Shown piece by piece: positions 59,030-64,000 of a stretch of 64,000 nucleotides of DNA. Location: NCBI RefSeq assembly GCF_009914755.1, contig NC_060933.1. One strand, 5' to 3'. The notes beneath the pieces were generated by a model that saw nothing but the letters and a program-made list of their open reading frames with translations, had not been told where the DNA came from and did not search any database. The DNA is from the human T2T-CHM13v2.0 reference genome, Homo sapiens. Each line of letters starts with the position of its first letter. Within the stretch, counting starts at the first letter, position 1. A program made the translations under genes and the position numbers.

Positions 59030-59345
59030 ATTCATTCTTCAAAGCAGTCATTGATTCAAGCAGTCATTCAAACAAGTACTCACTATCCCTGAAGCTCCAA
59101 ATATGTATAGGCAGAGTATCTTGCCTTAAGTAGCTTCTCAGTCTAGTAAAGAAGATAAACATGTAAACTAATAAATTTCTACTAAAGCAATAATATGCAA
59201 CAGTAGAAGCAGGCATGAAGGATCCACAGAAAACCAGGATAGAAGTTAACACTGCCTTTTTTGGGCTCACAAGAGGATTCTTGAAAAAGATCTGAGCTGG
59301 TTTTTTGAGGGCAAATAAGAATTTATTAGGCCAAAAGGTCTGAAT
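59030..59345 (-). mobile_element. L2 3' fragment
   Basis: CATTCAAACAAGTACTC...CTTGCCTTAAGTAGCTTCTCAGTCTAGT...TCTGAGCTGGTTTTTTGAGGG. Confidence 0.6.
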
Positions 59346-60279
59346 TTTCTTACTCTTACCTGCAAGTAACTAACTTACCTCTGTTTTGCATACATTTACT
59401 ATATTGTTTCTTACTCTGTCTTTGTTCACTAAATTATTTTTCACATGCATTCACAACTGCTCAAATACATAATTTCTCAAAGCTTTCCTAATTTACAACC
59501 TTAAGATAGAATGTAATTTGCAAATTCTCAGACTGTCTACCTTTATACTAAGTTGTGGCTGTTGTAGGAACATTTTTCTTGTAAACAATATAGTATTATT
59601 TTTGAAAATGTCTTTGAAATATGGGATTTATTTTGCTATATTTGAGTTATTTTGAAAGTCTCCTTTAAAAAGGCATAATAGTATCCTGGACTTAAAATTT
59701 ATTACAAATTGCTTTAGAAGAAAAATTCTATAAAATATGATTAAACTGTGATACAATAATTCCCTAAATATGGTACTGTTTAGAGGAGATAATAGGTTAC
59801 CAGAACTTGCTTACGTTAATTGTTTTATTATGTATAGTCCAATGTAAGGGCATTTCTGTGTTACATGAATCAACATAATTATACTTTTCTTACAAAATAA
59901 GAATCACATTTACTCTTAAAAATCACAAGATTATTTTAGCTCCTTTTGTTTCAAAACATTTGTTTTTTAGGTGGTTTAAAAATTTTACTAACTCAGCTTA
60001 TTTTGAAATACCTTGTTTGTATACCCATTAAGATTGCACCTCTCTTAAGATGGAAATTTAGGTCAAATTACAACTTGAATTTAACTTTACTACAGAAAAT
60101 AACTGTGCCATCTTTTAAAACCGCATTCTAAATTTTAAGCACAATAGATCAAAGTACATCTTATTTAAATAAATACTCTGGAATGAAGTCTCAATTATTT
60201 TCTCACAAACTTTCTTAAAATAGTCACTGTTCTCAATATAAAATGTTAGGTTTAGCTTTATTATTTTATAGAAAGATGA

Positions 60280-60567
<288 letters not shown>

Positions 60568-61479
60568 TAACTTTTTGAATCTTGGGTTACATTTACATTT
60601 ATGTTTTTAATGTTCATAAGATCATTTGCCAATATATATAATTTAGGGTAAATGATCAATCAAGTGACATAAAATTATTTGTGTGGAGAAAAATTTGAAA
60701 GAAGAAAAGCAATTAATTTTTTCATTGTATTATGTATAAAGATATGCATATTGTTATCAATGCTAAAACACTACATCAAGATTCCTTTGTGTTTGGCAGT
60801 GCAGCTGACAGTTGAATTTGGCAGTATGCATAGTTAAAGCTTGCAACTGTCTGAAGATTCAGTGTGTCCCATTAAGACAGAATATTATTAATTATGCGTA
60901 TAACCAAAATGGTAATTAGAACATGTGATTATTCTCTGTAGAAATCTAGACTTATCCATAATACATGCCTAGCTAAAGATGCATGTTGTGATTCATCTAT
61001 ATGATTAAAATTCAGTTTCAGCAGCTATTTTCATGTCTTAAAATTTCAGCCCATGATGAAGTTTGGGCTCACTTAACACTAAAAAAAAAAAAATTTCTCT
61101 ACTTGAAATATATTTTTGGGGAGTTTTAAAAAATGAATGTATTGTGACATAAAGGAATAAGTAAACATTTAAACTTTCCCTCAAAAGGCTGATATGTCAA
61201 CAGTAGATTCAGAAGGTTACCAATAATTGGAATGTCTTTTTAATTTTTTTTGGTTTGATTACAGTGACTTATAAAGAAAAACAGTATCATTTTGCTATTC
61301 CGCTGTTGACCCGCTTCAAATGCTACATTCAACAGAAAAAGAGTTAGCATTAAAACAAATAGATGCATGGCTGTGGTCTGATTCCTCACCTTCTAGTCTT
61401 GGCTCAAGTGCCAGCGTCCAAATAAATCCTTTGTAACCAGGGTATTCAAAATCACAACCATCAACTCTCCCTGCCCCCT

Positions 61480-61740
61480 GAAAAACTGTCTCTCTTTTGC
61501 CCCATATTTCCTGTCTACCTTCCACCTTTCTTATTTTTTTCCCCTCTAGCAGTTATCGTCAAACTGACATATGGTGCATTTTATTTATTTGCTTATTGTT
61601 TGTTTGCTCCTTCCTCAGTAGAATGTAGGTTCCATAAAGAAAGGCAGTTTTCAGTGTTTGCTTCATTGCTGTTAAGACTTTCCAGTTCTAAGAGCAGTCT
61701 GGCTTATAGTAGGTGCTCAATAAATATTTATTGAGTGAAA
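61480..61740 (+). mobile_element. L2a 3' end
   Basis: TAGAATGTAGGTTCCATAAAG...CTGGCTTATAGTAGGTGCTCAATAAATATTTATTGAGTGAA. Confidence 0.8.
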
Positions 61741-62249
61741 AGTACGAGTAATCTATCCAATAAATGTAAAAAGACAGTTATTTGGGACCAGAGTTGTGAG
61801 TTCAGTTTTTAAAATGACTTTGTTAATTTCTTAATGAGAGATTAGTAAATTTGACCTCCACCAAGAGAAATTAAAATGAAGAGGAAACTTTTTAAAATTT
61901 TGGAGTATTTGGAATTTATTCTAGCCTTTTTCATATTTCTTCTTGCTATCTCTGATTTGATTGGTTAATTTTACATTATACTGTTTAAGTTGTATCAGCT
62001 TTGTTGGGTCATACTATTACTACTTTTTACTGTTATTTAATATGAAAACAATTACTTGTATTTTAAGAAGACCAAACTTGGTAAGGTGAGATTGTTTCTC
62101 CGTGGGTTCCAAAAATTTTTACCAATTGTTACGCTACTGATATCTTAATGAAAGTGTGTTTAATATACTTCACAATCATACCAAAACTCTACTTTTCAAC
62201 ACTTTTTCCCCTTTGAACATATCTACAGGATACATTCATCATTTCATTT

Positions 62250-62407
62250 AGAAGAGGTGGTTCACCCTGTAGTGATTCTTCATCTATAGAATGCGAAACA
62301 TTCCCCCAGGTGATTCTGATGTATCCTTTTAGGAGAATGCTGCCCAATTCCATGTCTTGACAGGATGTGTGCTCTCCTGTCTTTTCCCTTAGTTGAGAAT
62401 CACTGTT
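62250..62407. mobile_element. MER5-like hAT fragment
   Basis: CCCCAGGTGATTCTGATG...TTGAGAATCACTG, terminal motifs. Confidence 0.5.
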
Positions 62408-62652
62408 TTAAAAATAATAAACTTGTGTGATGGTTTTTATTTTTTAAAGATATTTGTATATGCATTTACTAACTTGAACTTTTTAAGAACTCTCTAAAGG
62501 AAATAGAAAAACAAACCTTTGTCTTTGTATTTCGTAGATGAGAGGCAATATTGTTTGGTGGGTAAGAGCATGGGCTTTGGAGGTATATCCATTAGGAATA
62601 CTATCAGGTGTAAATAACAGAAGATCTGACTAGCACAATTTAAAAAATAGAG

Positions 62653-63895
62653 GAGTGCGCATATCTCTTTGACCTACTGATTTCATTTCCTTTGGATATA
62701 TACCCAGTTGTGGGATTGCTGGATCACATGATAGTTCTAGTTTTAATTTTTTGAGGAACCTTCATACTGTTTTCCATGACTGTACTAATTTACATTCCTA
62801 CAACCAGCGTGTGCAAAGATTCCTTTTTCTCCACGTCTTCACCAACACTTATCTTTTGTTTTTTGTTAACAGCCATTGTAACAGGAGTGAGGTGATATCT
62901 CATTGTGGTTTTCATTTGCATTTCCCCGAAGATTAGTGATATTGAGCATTTTTTCATACACAAGTCCATTTGTATGTCTTCTTTTGAGAAATGTCTATTT
63001 AGGTCTTTTGCCCATTTTAAAAATCAGGTTATTTGTTTTCTTGCTATTGTTAGAGGTCCTTACTTATTTTGGATATTAATCCCTGTCACATGTATAGCTT
63101 GCAAATATTTTCTCCCATCCTGTAGGTTGTCTCTTCACTGTGTTGATTGTTTCCTTTGCTGTGCAGAGCTTTTTAGTTTGATTTAATCGCATTTGTCTGT
63201 TTTTGGTTGTATTGCATATAATTTTTAAGATCATATCCCAAAAAATCATTGCCAAGAACAATGGCATGGAGTTACCCCATGCTTTCTTCTAGTAGTTTCA
63301 GAGTTGTGATATCTGCGCTCCTATGTTTATCACAGCACTGTTCACAATAGCCAAGATATATAATCAGCCTAAGTGTCCATCAATGGATGGATGGATGAAG
63401 GAAATATAGTATATATACATAATAAATACTATTCAGTCGTAAAAAAGAACGAAATCTTGTCATTTACGACAACATGGATGAATCTGTAGGACATTATGTT
63501 AAATGAAATAAGCCAGGCATAGAAAGACAAACACTGCATCTCACTCATATGTAGAATCTAAACAAGTAACCTCATAGTAGAGAACAGATTGGTGGTTACC
63601 AGAGGATGGAGTGGATAGGGGAGAGAGAGCAATGGGGAGATGTTGGTCAGAGAATATATAATTACAGTTAGGTAGGAGAAATAAGTTCTAGATCTCTTGT
63701 ACAACATGGTGACTATAGTTAATAAAGACGTATTCTTGAAAAGTGCAAAGAGTGGATTTTAAGGGTTCCTACCATAAAAACGATACCTATGTGAGGTATT
63801 ACATTTGTTAATAGCTAGATCTAACAATTTAACAATGTATATATACTTGAAAATGTGTTGTACATGATAAATACATGCAATTTCATCTTTCAATT
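62653..63895 (+). mobile_element. L1MA6/7-like LINE-1 with 5' inversion (62653-63305 minus, 63306-63895 plus), inserted in an MLT1-like LTR remnant
   Basis: TSD AAAAAATAGAG at 62642-62652 and 63896-63906 after a TT|AAAA site; the strand switch is read directly; the flanks (62583-62652 and 63896-63980) join into MLT1J/K-like sequence. Confidence 0.82.
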
Positions 63896-64000
63896 AAAAA
63901 ATAGAGAACTTTTTTTCTCGCATTACAGGAAGTCTAGAAGTAGGTGGTTATTGTTATTAGTTTAGTGGCTCAACTTTTCTGTAATTTCTCTACTACTCCC

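Overview
AT-rich, CpG-poor primate genomic DNA (human or a closely related ape, judged by Alu, L1PA and MST content). It is almost entirely intronic. Two phase-0 coding exons on the + strand (14541-14672, 132 bp; 60388-60540, 153 bp) splice in frame to [44 protein letters not shown]|[52 protein letters not shown] recognise this from memory as the C-terminal region of CCDC171 (C9orf93). The exons are separated by a 45.7-kb intron. The rest is a layered transposon record: a full-length L1PA4-like element nested in an MST LTR nested in a hAT-Charlie fossil; an internally deleted L1PA7-like element nested in an older L1PB/L1MA; two 5'-inverted (twin-primed) L1s; and Alus, MIR/L2, Tigger/MER DNA elements and microsatellites. 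Almost all ORFs in the supplied track are L1 fragments or chance ORFs. I found no convincing novel gene system. The best leads are a ~235-bp non-tandem local duplication, an L1 antisense promoter with an open ORF0-like frame pointing at the downstream exon, a ~3-kb inverted L1 pair, a strong CTCF motif and a stop-containing alternative acceptor upstream of the first exon. Repeat subfamily calls come from remembered consensus sequences, and boundaries of old repeats are approximate.
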